This document shows positions 20,506-30,787 of a DNA stretch of 64,000 bases, piece by piece (position 1 is the stretch's first letter; every line of letters begins with the position of its first letter). The position numbers and the translations under genes are program-made. This DNA is from Alphaproteobacteria bacterium MarineAlpha6_Bin4. GTDB lineage: Bacteria; Pseudomonadota; Alphaproteobacteria; GCA-002720895. Under the pieces are notes generated by a model, which saw only the letters and a list, made by a program, of their open reading frames with translations, did not search any database and had not been told where the DNA came from. Location of the stretch: assembly GCA_002937775.1 (NCBI GenBank), contig PTKO01000001.1:1294-65293 (forward strand), written 5' to 3'.

Positions 20506-21594
20506 ATGTTTTATTACTTATCTTCATTATTTGTTCAGGATTTTACTTTTTTAAATATTTTTAAATATTTAACATTTAGATCTGGAGGAGCATTACTAAC
20601 TAGCCTAATTTTTAGCTTTTTATTTGCCCCATCTATAATTAGTTGGTTAAAAAAGAACCAAAGTCGTAAAAAAACTGTAAGGGAGGATTTACCTAATAAA
20701 CACTTAATTAAAAAAAGAGGAACACCGACAATGGGTGGTATTTTAATTTTAATATCATTCGTATTAAGTACTTTACTTTGGGCAGATACAAGCAATTATT
20801 TTATTTGGCTTGTCTTATCAGTTACTTTTGGTTTTGGAGCAATTGGTTTTATAGACGATTATTTTAAATTAACTTCAAAAGATAAAAAAGGACTTAAAGC
20901 CGGAACAAAGTTAATTTTTCAATTTTTAATTACTTCTATAATGCTATTTTTTTTATACAATCTATTTGAATATCAATTTATTAATACATTAGCTTTTCCT
21001 TTTTTTAAAAATTATTTGTTTGATCTAGGAGTCTTATTTCCAATTTTTGCATTTTTGGTAATTATAGGAACATCTAACGGTGTAAATCTTACTGATGGCC
21101 TAGATGGATTAGCAATAGTTCCTGTAATTATAACCGCCACTTGTTTAGCATTAATAGCTTATTTAGCTGGACACAAAATTTTTTCAGAATATTTAAATTT
21201 ATTTTATATTTCTGGTGCAGGAGAACTAGCAGTATTAAGTTCATCTTTAGTTGGAGCATGTTTAGGATTTTTATGGTTTAATGCCCATCCAGCAAAAATT
21301 TTTATGGGCGATACTGGTTCTTTATCAATTGGAGCAGCCTTAGGATCTATAAGTATAATAATTAAACATGAAATTGTATTATTTATAATAGGTTTCTTAT
21401 TTGTAATTGAAACAATGTCAGTAATTCTACAAGTTTCATCATTTAAGCTTTTTGGAAAGAGACTATTTTTAATGAGCCCATTACATCACCACTTTGAAAA
21501 AAAAGGATGGCATGAAAATACAATAGTTATTAGATTCTGGATTTTATCTATTATTTTTGCACTAATTGGATTAGCTACTCTTAAAGTTAGATAA
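20506..21594 (+). CDS. mraY: Phospho-N-acetylmuramoyl-pentapeptide transferase
   Basis: 362 aa; polytopic; conserved KKGTPTMGG, NLTDGLDGLA, HHHFE motifs. Confidence 0.95.
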   Translation: MFYYLSSLFVQDFTFLNIFKYLTFRSGGALLTSLIFSFLFAPSIISWLKKNQSRKKTVREDLPNKHLIKKRGTPTMGGILILISFVLSTLLWADTSNYFIWLVLSVTFGFGAIGFIDDYFKLTSKDKKGLKAGTKLIFQFLITSIMLFFLYNLFEYQFINTLAFPFFKNYLFDLGVLFPIFAFLVIIGTSNGVNLTDGLDGLAIVPVIITATCLALIAYLAGHKIFSEYLNLFYISGAGELAVLSSSLVGACLGFLWFNAHPAKIFMGDTGSLSIGAALGSISIIIKHEIVLFIIGFLFVIETMSVILQVSSFKLFGKRLFLMSPLHHHFEKKGWHENTIVIRFWILSIIFALIGLATLKVR

Positions 21595-21603
21595 AAAAAA
21601 ATA

Positions 21604-22974
21604 ATGAATTTTTTTTTAAATAAAAAAGTGGGAGTCTTAGGATTAAGCAGAACAGGAAAAAGTTTAATAAATTTTTTAACTAAAAATGGTTTTACGGTTT
21701 TTATATGGGATGATAAAAAAGAAACTTTATTAAAAGAAAAAAAAAAAAGACCAAATACAAAAATATTAAATATTAGTAATTTAAAACAAATGTCTTTTAT
21801 ATTAACATCTCCTGGAGTTCCTTCTTCAGGGGAAAAAAAACATTTTATTTTAAAAAAAACAGAAAAAAGAAAGATTGAAATACTTAATGATATTGAATTA
21901 TTTTTCAGATTTAATCCAGAAAGCAATTATATCGGAGTTACTGGAACAAATGGCAAATCAACCACTGTTACTTTACTAAACCATATATTAAAGAAACTAA
22001 ACATTAAAAATACTCTTAGTGGAAATATAGGTAAACCAATTTTTAATTTAAGAAAACCTGATAAAAATAATATTTTAGAAATTTCATCTTTCCAACTGGA
22101 AAAAATGAAATTAACAAAATTACATATTGGAGTATTGTTAAATATTTCGAAAGATCATATAGACAGACATGAAAATTTAAAAAAATATTCATTTATAAAG
22201 TCAAAAATTTTCAATAACCAATCTAGAGAAGATTACTCCATTATTGGAATTGATGATGAAGCTACTTGTTGTTTAGCAAAAAAACTAAAAAAAAAGTTGA
22301 GTTCAAAAATTATAACTATATCGGGTAAAAATAATAAAGCAGATATCTTTGTTAAAAATAAAAAATTAATAATAAATTTTAATTATGAAAATAAAAAAAT
22401 TTTTAAGATAATTGACATAAAAAAATTTAAAAATCTTATAGGTGAACACAATTATCAAAATATTGCAGCTGTTTACGCAATACTTTTATCAATGAAAATA
22501 TTTAATTGGAAAAAAATAGAAGAATCTATTAAATCATTTGAAGGGCTACCACATCGTCTTCAAAATGTAAGGTTAATTAAAAAAATAACATTTATTAACG
22601 ATAGTAAAGCAACCAATGTTAATGCTACAAGCCATGCTTTAAAAAGTTTTAATAATATTTATTGGATATTAGGCGGGCGAGCTAAAGAAAAGAAGCTTCA
22701 AGAACTAAGAAAACATTTTTTTAGAATTAAACATGTTTTTTTAATAGGAGAAACAAAGTTTATATATGAAAAATATTTAAAGAATTATTTAAATTGTTCT
22801 GTTGTTAAAAATTTAAAAGAAGCAACAAAGTTGTCTTATAATTTTGCAAGAAAAGAAAAAAGAAATTCTTCTGTAGTTTTATTTTCACCTGCATGCTCAT
22901 CTTTAGATGAATGGAAGGATTTTGAAGAGAGAGGAAATGCATTTGTTAAGTTTGTAAAAGATATAAAAAAATAA
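21604..22974 (+). CDS. murD: UDP-N-acetylmuramoylalanine--D-glutamate ligase
   Basis: 456 aa; GVTGTNGKST P-loop, Mur ligase central/C-terminal domains. Confidence 0.9.
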   Translation: MNFFLNKKVGVLGLSRTGKSLINFLTKNGFTVFIWDDKKETLLKEKKKRPNTKILNISNLKQMSFILTSPGVPSSGEKKHFILKKTEKRKIEILNDIELFFRFNPESNYIGVTGTNGKSTTVTLLNHILKKLNIKNTLSGNIGKPIFNLRKPDKNNILEISSFQLEKMKLTKLHIGVLLNISKDHIDRHENLKKYSFIKSKIFNNQSREDYSIIGIDDEATCCLAKKLKKKLSSKIITISGKNNKADIFVKNKKLIINFNYENKKIFKIIDIKKFKNLIGEHNYQNIAAVYAILLSMKIFNWKKIEESIKSFEGLPHRLQNVRLIKKITFINDSKATNVNATSHALKSFNNIYWILGGRAKEKKLQELRKHFFRIKHVFLIGETKFIYEKYLKNYLNCSVVKNLKEATKLSYNFARKEKRNSSVVLFSPACSSLDEWKDFEERGNAFVKFVKDIKK

Positions 22975-24104
22975 TGGAAAATGAAAAGTTAAACATATTC
23001 CTATATAATTGGTGGAGAAGTATAGACAGAAGCATTTTTATAACTACAATTTTTTTATTACTTATAGGCTGCATAATTTCTTTTGGAGCAACGCCATCTA
23101 TAGCAACTAAATATAATTTAGAACCAAACTATTTTGTAAAAAAACATTTTATTTTTGCACCTTTTACTTTATTTTTTATTTTTTTTGTTTCTTTATTTTC
23201 AAAATTAGGAATAAAGCGACTATTTTTACTTACATTTTTAATATCAATTTTTTTTATTTTTTACTCTTTTTTAATTGGAATAGAAAATAAAGGATCAATA
23301 AGATGGGTCTCTTTCTTTGGTTATAGCTTTCAACCTTCAGAATTTCTTAAAGTATCATTTATTATCATATGTGCATGGATATTTTCTTCAAAAAATTATT
23401 TTAAAATAGTTAACAACCAAATTATTTCTTTTTTTTTATATTTATTTATATCTAGCTTGATTCTAAGCCAGCCCGACTTTTCAATGTTTGTAATAATTTC
23501 TATCGTATATTTCAGCCAATTATTTATCTCGGGATTAAAATGGAAATGGGTTTTGTCATTTATTTTATTTTTTTCTTTTATTTTTTTAGCTGCTTATTTT
23601 TTTATGAGTAATGTAAAAAATCGTATTGATAATTTTTTATTTTCTACTGGAGACAATTATCAAATATCAAAATCAATAGATGCAATAAAAGAAGGTGGAT
23701 TAATTGGAAAAGGGCCTGGTTTAGGAACTGTTAAAGAAAACCTTCCAGATTCTCATACTGATTTTATATTTTCCGTTATTGCCGAAGAGTTTGGTCTTAT
23801 TACTTGCTTGTTTATAATAAGTGTTTTTGCATATCTTATTTTTAAAATTTTTAAAAGAATAAAAGGTGAGAATTATCTTTTTGTTATTATATGTGTTTCA
23901 GGATTAGCGATACAATTAGGATCGCAGATATTTATAAATATAGGATCAACTATAGGATTTATACCTACTACAGGAACCACTCTTCCATTTATTAGTTATG
24001 GAGGTTCTTCAATGATTTCAACGGCATTAAATTTAGGTGTGATTCTAGCTCTAACTAGAGTAAATTATAAAGATAATATGTCACCAAATGAAAAAGAATT
24101 CTAA
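22974..24104 (+). CDS. ftsW: Peptidoglycan glycosyltransferase FtsW (SEDS family)
   Basis: 376 aa; 10-TM SEDS protein with conserved C-terminal PTTGTTLPFISYGGSS; dcw position between murD and murG. Confidence 0.9.
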   Translation: MENEKLNIFLYNWWRSIDRSIFITTIFLLLIGCIISFGATPSIATKYNLEPNYFVKKHFIFAPFTLFFIFFVSLFSKLGIKRLFLLTFLISIFFIFYSFLIGIENKGSIRWVSFFGYSFQPSEFLKVSFIIICAWIFSSKNYFKIVNNQIISFFLYLFISSLILSQPDFSMFVIISIVYFSQLFISGLKWKWVLSFILFFSFIFLAAYFFMSNVKNRIDNFLFSTGDNYQISKSIDAIKEGGLIGKGPGLGTVKENLPDSHTDFIFSVIAEEFGLITCLFIISVFAYLIFKIFKRIKGENYLFVIICVSGLAIQLGSQIFINIGSTIGFIPTTGTTLPFISYGGSSMISTALNLGVILALTRVNYKDNMSPNEKEF

Positions 24105-25155
24105 GATAGCAATAGTCGCTGGCGGTACTGGCGGTCATTTATTTCCAGCAATTTCTTTATTAGAACAATTAATTTCAGAAAAAAAGAAAATAATTTTTTT
24201 ATCTGACATAAGGGTAAAAAAAATAATTGATCAAAATAAGAAATTTTACAAGAATAAAAATGTATTTTTCTATAGCTTGGACATTTCAAGAAATATAATA
24301 AATTTTTTTAATTTATTTTATAATCTTTATAAAATTTTTAATATTTTTAGAAAAGAAAATCCAAAGATAGTTATTGGGTTTGGAGGATACACTTCAGTAC
24401 CAGTATTATTAATTTCAAAAATATTATTCAAACCAATCATACTTCATGAATCAAATATAATTATGGGTGTAGCAAATAAATTATTTTATTTTTTTTCAAA
24501 AAAAATAATTTTTGGATGGGGTGACCAAAAAAGAATAAAAAATAAAAAGGCTTTTTATATAAGAAATCCTGTAAGAAAAAAAATTTTAATGTTAAGAAAA
24601 AAAGTAAATTTTAATTTTAATAAAAAAAAAATTATTATTTTAGTTGTTGGCGGAAGCCAAGGTGCGGCAATTTTTGATAAAATAATACCAGAGGCAATAA
24701 ATTCATTACCTTACGATATAAAAAAAAAAATTAAGATTTATCACCAATGTTCCAAATTAAATTTTATCAAAGTTAAAAAAATTTATAAAAAATATAATAT
24801 TAAAAATATTTGCAAAACTTTTTTTGATAATTTGCCAGAAATTATGTTTGAATCTCAATTAGTTATTTCAAGATCTGGATCTTCTACTTTATCTGAGATT
24901 ACAACGTTAGGCAAACCTGCCATATTAATTCCTTATAAATTTGCAAAAAATAATCATCAAGAAAAGAATGCAAATTGGTTAGTAAAAAAAGGTGGTGCTA
25001 AAATGTTTTTAGAAAATGATTTAACAAAAGTAAAACTAAAACAAGAAATTATATCTATTATAAAAAACAAAGAAAAATTAAAAAAAATGTCAAAAAATTC
25101 GTTTTCTATTGGAGATGACAATTCTTTATTAAAATTATCAAGAGTAGTTTCGTAG
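24088..25155 (+). CDS. murG: UDP-N-acetylglucosamine--N-acetylmuramyl-(pentapeptide) pyrophosphoryl-undecaprenol GlcNAc transferase
   Basis: 355 aa; GT28 motifs (AGGTGGHLFPA, GGSQGA); overlaps ftsW by 17 nt. Confidence 0.9.
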   Translation: MKKNSKIAIVAGGTGGHLFPAISLLEQLISEKKKIIFLSDIRVKKIIDQNKKFYKNKNVFFYSLDISRNIINFFNLFYNLYKIFNIFRKENPKIVIGFGGYTSVPVLLISKILFKPIILHESNIIMGVANKLFYFFSKKIIFGWGDQKRIKNKKAFYIRNPVRKKILMLRKKVNFNFNKKKIIILVVGGSQGAAIFDKIIPEAINSLPYDIKKKIKIYHQCSKLNFIKVKKIYKKYNIKNICKTFFDNLPEIMFESQLVISRSGSSTLSEITTLGKPAILIPYKFAKNNHQEKNANWLVKKGGAKMFLENDLTKVKLKQEIISIIKNKEKLKKMSKNSFSIGDDNSLLKLSRVVS

Positions 25156-25162
25156 AAAAGTA

Positions 25163-26572
25163 ATGAAAATTTTAGAAAAAAATATAAAAAATAAAATACA
25201 TTTCGTTGGCATTGGTGGAATCGGGATGTCAGGTATTGCAGAAGTGTTATTTTCCCAAGGTTATAAAATACAAGGGAGTGATTTAACAAATAATGCTAAT
25301 ACTAAAAGACTTAAAAAAAAGGGAATTAAAATTTTTAAAGGACATTCATCAAAAAATTTAAAAGATATAAATATTTTAGTTATATCATCAGCTATAAAAA
25401 AAAATAATTCAGAATTAAAATTTGCTAAGAAAAATAAAATTCCTGTATATAAAAGATCTGATATTTTGGCTGCATTAATTAAATATAATGAAGCTATAGC
25501 TGTTTCAGGAAGTCATGGAAAAACAACAACAACTTCTTTGATATCATCGGTTTTAGAAAATGCAAAATTTGACCCGACAACTATAATTGGAGGAATAGTT
25601 AATCAATATAAAAGTACTGCCAGAATTGGAAAGAGCAATTGGATGGTAGTTGAAGCTGATGAATCAGATGGAAGTTTAGTAGATTTATTTCCTAAAATCG
25701 CAGTACTTACAAACATAAATAAAGAGCATATGGATTTTTATAAAAGTTATTCAAATTTAAAAAAATATTTTTTTTATTTTATAAATAATATTCCATTTGA
25801 TGGTGTTGCAATATATTGTAATGACAATTTTGATTTAAAGAAAATATTATTAAAAAGTAAAAAGAAAAATAAAATTAGTTATGGATTAGATAAAGATAGC
25901 GACGTAAGAGCGACAGATATTTTAATTAATGAAAATGGATCATTTTTTAACATAAGTATAAAAAAAACAAACTTATTGAAAAAAGAGAAAATTAATAATA
26001 TTCAGTTAAATGTTTTAGGAAAACATAATATCCAAAATTCGCTTGCTGCAGTAACTGTCGCAAAAATATTAAACATAAGTACACCAAAAATTAAAAATGC
26101 TTTTAAAAAATTTAAGGGAGTAAAAAGAAGATTTACTTTAGTTTCAAATTTTAAAGGAATTAAAATTATTGATGATTATGCTCATCATCCAGAAGAAATA
26201 AAAGCTACTTTGGAACTAGCAAGAAATCTAAAACCAAATAAAATCATTGTTATATTCGAACCTCATAGATATTCGAGATTTAAAAATTTATATTATGATT
26301 TTAAAAAAGTTTTAAAAAACTGCGATTTATTATATGTAGCTAACGTATACTCTGCAGGAGAGAAAAAAATTAAAAGTATTTCTAAAGATAAATTTGTGGA
26401 TGAAATGAATAAATTTAAGAAAAATTTTGCTAAATCATTAAATAATATCAACTATTTACCTAAAATTATATTAAATGAAGCAAATAAAGGGGACATTGTG
26501 ATTTTTATTGGAGCAGGTGATATATCAAAATGGGTAAATGACTTACCAAATAAATTAAAAAAAATTAAATGA
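25163..26572 (+). CDS. murC: UDP-N-acetylmuramate--L-alanine ligase
   Basis: 469 aa; HFVGIGGIGMSGIA N-terminus, SGSHGKTTTTS P-loop, DDYAHHP. Confidence 0.92.
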   Translation: MKILEKNIKNKIHFVGIGGIGMSGIAEVLFSQGYKIQGSDLTNNANTKRLKKKGIKIFKGHSSKNLKDINILVISSAIKKNNSELKFAKKNKIPVYKRSDILAALIKYNEAIAVSGSHGKTTTTSLISSVLENAKFDPTTIIGGIVNQYKSTARIGKSNWMVVEADESDGSLVDLFPKIAVLTNINKEHMDFYKSYSNLKKYFFYFINNIPFDGVAIYCNDNFDLKKILLKSKKKNKISYGLDKDSDVRATDILINENGSFFNISIKKTNLLKKEKINNIQLNVLGKHNIQNSLAAVTVAKILNISTPKIKNAFKKFKGVKRRFTLVSNFKGIKIIDDYAHHPEEIKATLELARNLKPNKIIVIFEPHRYSRFKNLYYDFKKVLKNCDLLYVANVYSAGEKKIKSISKDKFVDEMNKFKKNFAKSLNNINYLPKIILNEANKGDIVIFIGAGDISKWVNDLPNKLKKIK

Positions 26573-27453
26573 AATATTTCTCAAAATCAAAGGGCGTTGT
26601 TAAATTAAATTTTCCCATGTCAAAGTTAACTTGGTTTCAGACAGGTGGTAAAGCACAAGTGTTATTTATTCCTGAGAACCGTTTAGATTTACATTTATTT
26701 TTAAAGAGTTTTAAAGAAAAAAAACTAATAAATATAATCGGCGGATGTTCAAATTTACTAGTTAGAGACGGAGGGGTTAAAGGAGTTATAGTTAAGCTGG
26801 GTTCAGGATTTGATTTTATCAATTTTGAAAGTGACCATATTATTTGTGGTGCTTCAGTAAAAAATATAAATTTGTCAAACAAAATGGCAAAGAAAAGTAT
26901 AAGGGGATTTGAATTTTTATCTACAATACCTGGGACAATAGGAGGTAGTATTTTTATGAATTCAGGATGTTTTGGAAGTGAAATAAAGAATTTAATTAAA
27001 TCCGTAATAGTTATGAACAAAAATGGCGACTTAAAAGAATTAGAAAAAGAACAAATTAATTTTAAATATAGATCATCGGGAATAAATAAGAACTATTTTA
27101 TTATCGCAGCAAAATTAAAAAAAAATAAAGGAAGTAAAATAGCTATAAAAAAAAAAATAAAAAAGTATGTTAATTTGAGAAAAAAGACCCAACCCAATAA
27201 AGTTTTAACTGGCGGAAGCACATTTACTAATCCAGAAAGAAAAAAAGCTTGGAAACTTATAAAAGATTCTGGTTGTGAAAATATGATTGTAGGTGGAGCA
27301 AAGATTTCTGATAAACATTGTAATTTTTTAGTAAACACTGGTCATGCTAACTCAAAGGATTTAGAAAATTTAGGAAATAAAATAAGATCAAAAGTTTTTA
27401 AAGAAACTGGTGAAAAGCTAAATTGGGAAATAAAAAGAATAGGAATTAGATAG
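26569..27453 (+). CDS. murB: UDP-N-acetylenolpyruvoylglucosamine reductase
   Basis: 294 aa; FAD-binding PCMH-type N-domain (GGCSNLLVRDGG), C-terminal MurB domain. Confidence 0.9.
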   Translation: MKYFSKSKGVVKLNFPMSKLTWFQTGGKAQVLFIPENRLDLHLFLKSFKEKKLINIIGGCSNLLVRDGGVKGVIVKLGSGFDFINFESDHIICGASVKNINLSNKMAKKSIRGFEFLSTIPGTIGGSIFMNSGCFGSEIKNLIKSVIVMNKNGDLKELEKEQINFKYRSSGINKNYFIIAAKLKKNKGSKIAIKKKIKKYVNLRKKTQPNKVLTGGSTFTNPERKKAWKLIKDSGCENMIVGGAKISDKHCNFLVNTGHANSKDLENLGNKIRSKVFKETGEKLNWEIKRIGIR

Positions 27454-28367
27454 TGAAAAAAAAAAAAATTGTAGTTTTATTAGGAGGAGTCTCAGCAGAG
27501 AAAAATGTTTCTTTGAAAACTGGAAAATATGTTTCTAAGTCATTAAAAAAACAAGGGTACCAAGTAAAAGAAATTAAAGTAACATCAAATAAAAATAATT
27601 TAATTAAAAGTTTAAAAGAATTTGAGCCAGACTTTGTCTTTAATGCACTACATGGATATTTCGGAGAAGATGGAAAAGTTCAAAAAATATTAGATAAATT
27701 AAAATTAAAATATTCTCATTCAAATTCCAAATCATCTGAGATAGCTATGGATAAAAAAAAAACAAAATTAATTTTTAATAAAATTGGGGTTCCTTACCCT
27801 AAAGATATATTAGTAAACTCTAATAGTTTTAATAAAAAGTTAAGGAAATTGAAGTTTAAATACCCATTAGTCATAAAGCCTGTTAATGAAGGGTCTAGTT
27901 TAGGAGTAAAAATTTGTAAGAGTATAAATGAGTTAAAAAAATACAAATTAAAAAAAAAAATAAATTATATGATTGAGGAATTTATTCCTGGACGTGAACT
28001 TACAGTAGGTATTTTAAATAATAAGGCATTAGACATTATTGAGCTTAAGACAAAAAAAAATTTTTATGATTATAAATCAAAATATACTAAGGGTATGACA
28101 AAATATATTATTCCAGCATCTATTCCAAAAAATATAGAAAATAAATGTAAAAAATATACTGAAAAAATTCATAAATTTTTAAAATGTAAAGGTGTAACTA
28201 GAACTGATTTTAGATTTGATCAAAATAAAACTTTAGGTAAAGATTTGTATGTTTTAGAAATTAATACACAACCTGGAATGACCCCATTATCTCTTGTTCC
28301 TAAAATGGCAAAATACAAAGGAGTATCTTTTGACAAATTAATTGAAAATATTATTGGGGAAGATTAA
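27453..28367 (+). CDS. ddl: D-alanine--D-alanine ligase
   Basis: 304 aa; ATP-grasp, conserved HG.FGEDG and E.NT.PGMT motifs; 1-nt overlap with murB stop. Confidence 0.92.
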   Translation: MKKKKIVVLLGGVSAEKNVSLKTGKYVSKSLKKQGYQVKEIKVTSNKNNLIKSLKEFEPDFVFNALHGYFGEDGKVQKILDKLKLKYSHSNSKSSEIAMDKKKTKLIFNKIGVPYPKDILVNSNSFNKKLRKLKFKYPLVIKPVNEGSSLGVKICKSINELKKYKLKKKINYMIEEFIPGRELTVGILNNKALDIIELKTKKNFYDYKSKYTKGMTKYIIPASIPKNIENKCKKYTEKIHKFLKCKGVTRTDFRFDQNKTLGKDLYVLEINTQPGMTPLSLVPKMAKYKGVSFDKLIENIIGED

Positions 28368-28371
28368 AAAA

Positions 28372-28748
28372 AAACCAGATAGTAATAAGCCGGGTTCTGT
28401 ACTTAAAAATAAAACTTCGAATCTTTTATTTATTAAGCGATGACTATTAATCTAGGATAATTGTTACCAATTATCTCAAGCAACTTACCCTGGTGAAAAT
28501 GTGAAAACTCATTTTAACGCACACCTCTTTTTAGTTTTGCTCCTGATGGGGTTTACCATGCCTTATTTGTTACCAAATAAGCGGTATGCTCTTACCATAC
28601 CTTTTCACCCTTACCATAAAATTCATGGCGGTTTATTTTCTGTTGCACTTTCCCTAGAGTTACCTCTGGCGGATGTTATCCGTCATCATGTTTCCAAGGA
28701 GCCCGGACTTTCCTCTCAATACGCGAGCAGTCACCTAACTATCTGGTA
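28372..28748 (-). ncRNA. rnpB: RNase P RNA, bacterial type A
   Basis: Minus-strand transcript contains universal P4 strand GGAAAGUCCGGGCUCC, GUGCAACAGAAA, GGUAAGGGUGAAAAGGUAUGGUAAGAGCAUACC (near-identical to the E. coli P10-P12 region) and 3' ACAGAACCCGGCUUA. P1 helix CCAGAUAGU/ACUAUCUGG closes both ends, followed by a U-run. GC-rich island in AT-rich DNA. Confidence 0.93.
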
Positions 28749-28754
28749 AATATA

Positions 28755-28783
28755 TAATTAGTACTTTTTTTTAAATTGTTCAA
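28755..28783 (-). promoter_or_regulatory. Putative sigma70-type promoter of rnpB (-35 TTGAAC, 17-nt spacer, -10 TAATTA)
   Basis: Minus-strand reading TTGAAC-N17-TAATTA, placing the TSS about 7 nt downstream at the first P1 nucleotides. Confidence 0.35.
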
Positions 28784-28797
28784 GTTAAAACAAGAAA

Positions 28798-29280
28798 TTA
28801 TCTAAATATCTTCTTTATAGGCTCCCATTTAAATTTATCACCCGGATCTAACTTTCTTTCAGGAGATATGTCAGAGTGCCCCAAAACCCAATCTTCTTTA
28901 ATATCATATTTACTTTTTAATTCTTTACACAAAGAAATAAGAGAATCCATTTGTTCTTTTGAAAAAGGAATGTAGCCAAATTCATGACCAGGATTTTCGA
29001 GCTCAATTCCAATTGAGACATTGTTTAAATTATCAACACCTTTCCAATGAGAAACTCCTGCATGCCAAGCTCTATTTTTTTCATCGACTAAATTTATAAT
29101 TTTTCCATCTCTTCCGATTAAATAATGAGAAGAAACTTTAGAAGCTTTATCACATAATCTTTTAAATGCATCTTCGAAAGTTTTCATTCCAGTATAATGT
29201 ATAATAATAGAATAAATTTTTGCATCTTTAGGTCTTTTGTCAAAATTAGGGGATTTTTTTTGGATAATTTTTATATTCAT
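28798..29280 (-). CDS. ampD: N-acetylmuramoyl-L-alanine amidase, AmpD/PGRP (Amidase_2) family
   Basis: 160 aa; Amidase_2 zinc-ligand context (IHYTG, SSHYLIGRDG, AWHAG, GHSD). Confidence 0.8.
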   Translation of the reverse strand: MNIKIIQKKSPNFDKRPKDAKIYSIIIHYTGMKTFEDAFKRLCDKASKVSSHYLIGRDGKIINLVDEKNRAWHAGVSHWKGVDNLNNVSIGIELENPGHEFGYIPFSKEQMDSLISLCKELKSKYDIKEDWVLGHSDISPERKLDPGDKFKWEPIKKIFR

Positions 29281-29295
29281 TAAATTAATTTTGGA

Positions 29296-30693
29296 TTATT
29301 TTTTTTTAATCATATTTTTTGGATCCAAAATCTTATCTAAATTTAATTTTTTATCTAATTTTAGTTCTCTTGCAGCTTCTTTTAAAGAAATATTTTTTTT
29401 GTATGCAAGTTTTGCTACTTTTGCAGACTCATCATATCCAATGTAGGGGTTTAAAGCAGTAACTAGCATCAAAGAATTTTCTAAATTTTTATTTATAATT
29501 TCTTTATTTGGTTTAATTCCACTTAAACAATTTTTTGTAAAACTAGATATAGATTCTGATAGTAAATTAATACTTTGTAATAAATTAAATATTATAACAG
29601 GTTTAAAAACATTTAATTCTAAATGACCACTAGCAGCAGATATAGAAATGGTTAAATTATTACCCATTACTTGACTAGATACCATTGTTAGTGCTTCAGC
29701 TTGTGTAGGATTTACTTTTCCAGGCATTATAGAAGATCCAGGTTCATTTTCTGGTATTTTTATTTCCCCAATACCACTTCTTGGACCAGAAGATAAGAAT
29801 TTTATATCATTTCCAATTTTCATTAATGAAATTGCCAAACTATTTAACGCTGCTGATGTATCTACAATAGGGCCATGAAAAGACAAAGACTCAAATTTAT
29901 TTTTTGATGAATAAAAAGAAATTTTTGTAATTTTTTTTAAATAATTTATAAATTTATTCTCAAAACCTTTTGGAGTATTAATTCCTGTACCAACAGCAGT
30001 TCCTCCTTGAGCAAGGGCTAACATTTTTTTATAAATTTTCTCTATATTATCTAGATCATTTTTAATTTGCTCTGTGTAACCTGAAAACTCGTCTCCTAAA
30101 GTCAAAGGAGTGGCATCTTGCATGTGAGTTCTACCAATTTTTATTATTTTTTTAAATTCTTTTGTTTTTTTTTGTAAAACAGAAAGCATTTCTTTTAAAG
30201 AAGGAATAAGTTTTTTCTGTATTTGAATTACAGATGCAATATGCATTGTAGTTGGAAAACTATCATTACTTGATTGCGATGCATTAACATGATCATTAGG
30301 ATGAACAGGTTTTTTAGTACCTACTTTTCCAGTAGATAATTTATTTGCGTAATTAGATATTACTTCATTTAAATTCATATTTGTTTGTGTTCCAGAACCT
30401 GTCTGCCAAATTTTAAGTGGAAATTGATTATCTAAATTACCTTTTAGAATTTGATCAGTTGCCTTTATAATTAAATTTGAGGTTTTATTATCTAAAACTT
30501 TTAAATCTTTATTAGCTAAAGCACATGCCTTCTTTTGTATTGCAAAAGCTTTAATAAAATCACTAGAAAATGTTTCAGTTCCTATATTAAAATTATTAAT
30601 AGATCTTTGAGTTTGTGCACCCCATAAGAAATCTTTAGGAACAGCTATTTTTCCAAAACTATCATTTTCATATCTTTTTTTTGTAGTACTCAT
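29296..30693 (-). CDS. fumC: Fumarate hydratase class II
   Basis: 465 aa; N-terminal VP.DFLWGAQTQRS (fumarase rather than aspartase) and lyase signature GSSIMPGKVNPTQ. Confidence 0.9.
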   Translation of the reverse strand: MSTTKKRYENDSFGKIAVPKDFLWGAQTQRSINNFNIGTETFSSDFIKAFAIQKKACALANKDLKVLDNKTSNLIIKATDQILKGNLDNQFPLKIWQTGSGTQTNMNLNEVISNYANKLSTGKVGTKKPVHPNDHVNASQSSNDSFPTTMHIASVIQIQKKLIPSLKEMLSVLQKKTKEFKKIIKIGRTHMQDATPLTLGDEFSGYTEQIKNDLDNIEKIYKKMLALAQGGTAVGTGINTPKGFENKFINYLKKITKISFYSSKNKFESLSFHGPIVDTSAALNSLAISLMKIGNDIKFLSSGPRSGIGEIKIPENEPGSSIMPGKVNPTQAEALTMVSSQVMGNNLTISISAASGHLELNVFKPVIIFNLLQSINLLSESISSFTKNCLSGIKPNKEIINKNLENSLMLVTALNPYIGYDESAKVAKLAYKKNISLKEAARELKLDKKLNLDKILDPKNMIKKK

Positions 30694-30787
30694 AATTAAT
30701 TAAGAAAAAAGCATTAGAATCTTGAATAAGTAATATTTTATATTTGTATTTATACAAAATTTTCAATAATTAAGTTGCCAGGTGTCT

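Noticed and set aside
28501-28749. 82-aa plus-strand ORF in ORF track
   Set aside because: Lies entirely inside the RNase P RNA gene (opposite strand); GC-rich structured RNA produces an open frame by chance.
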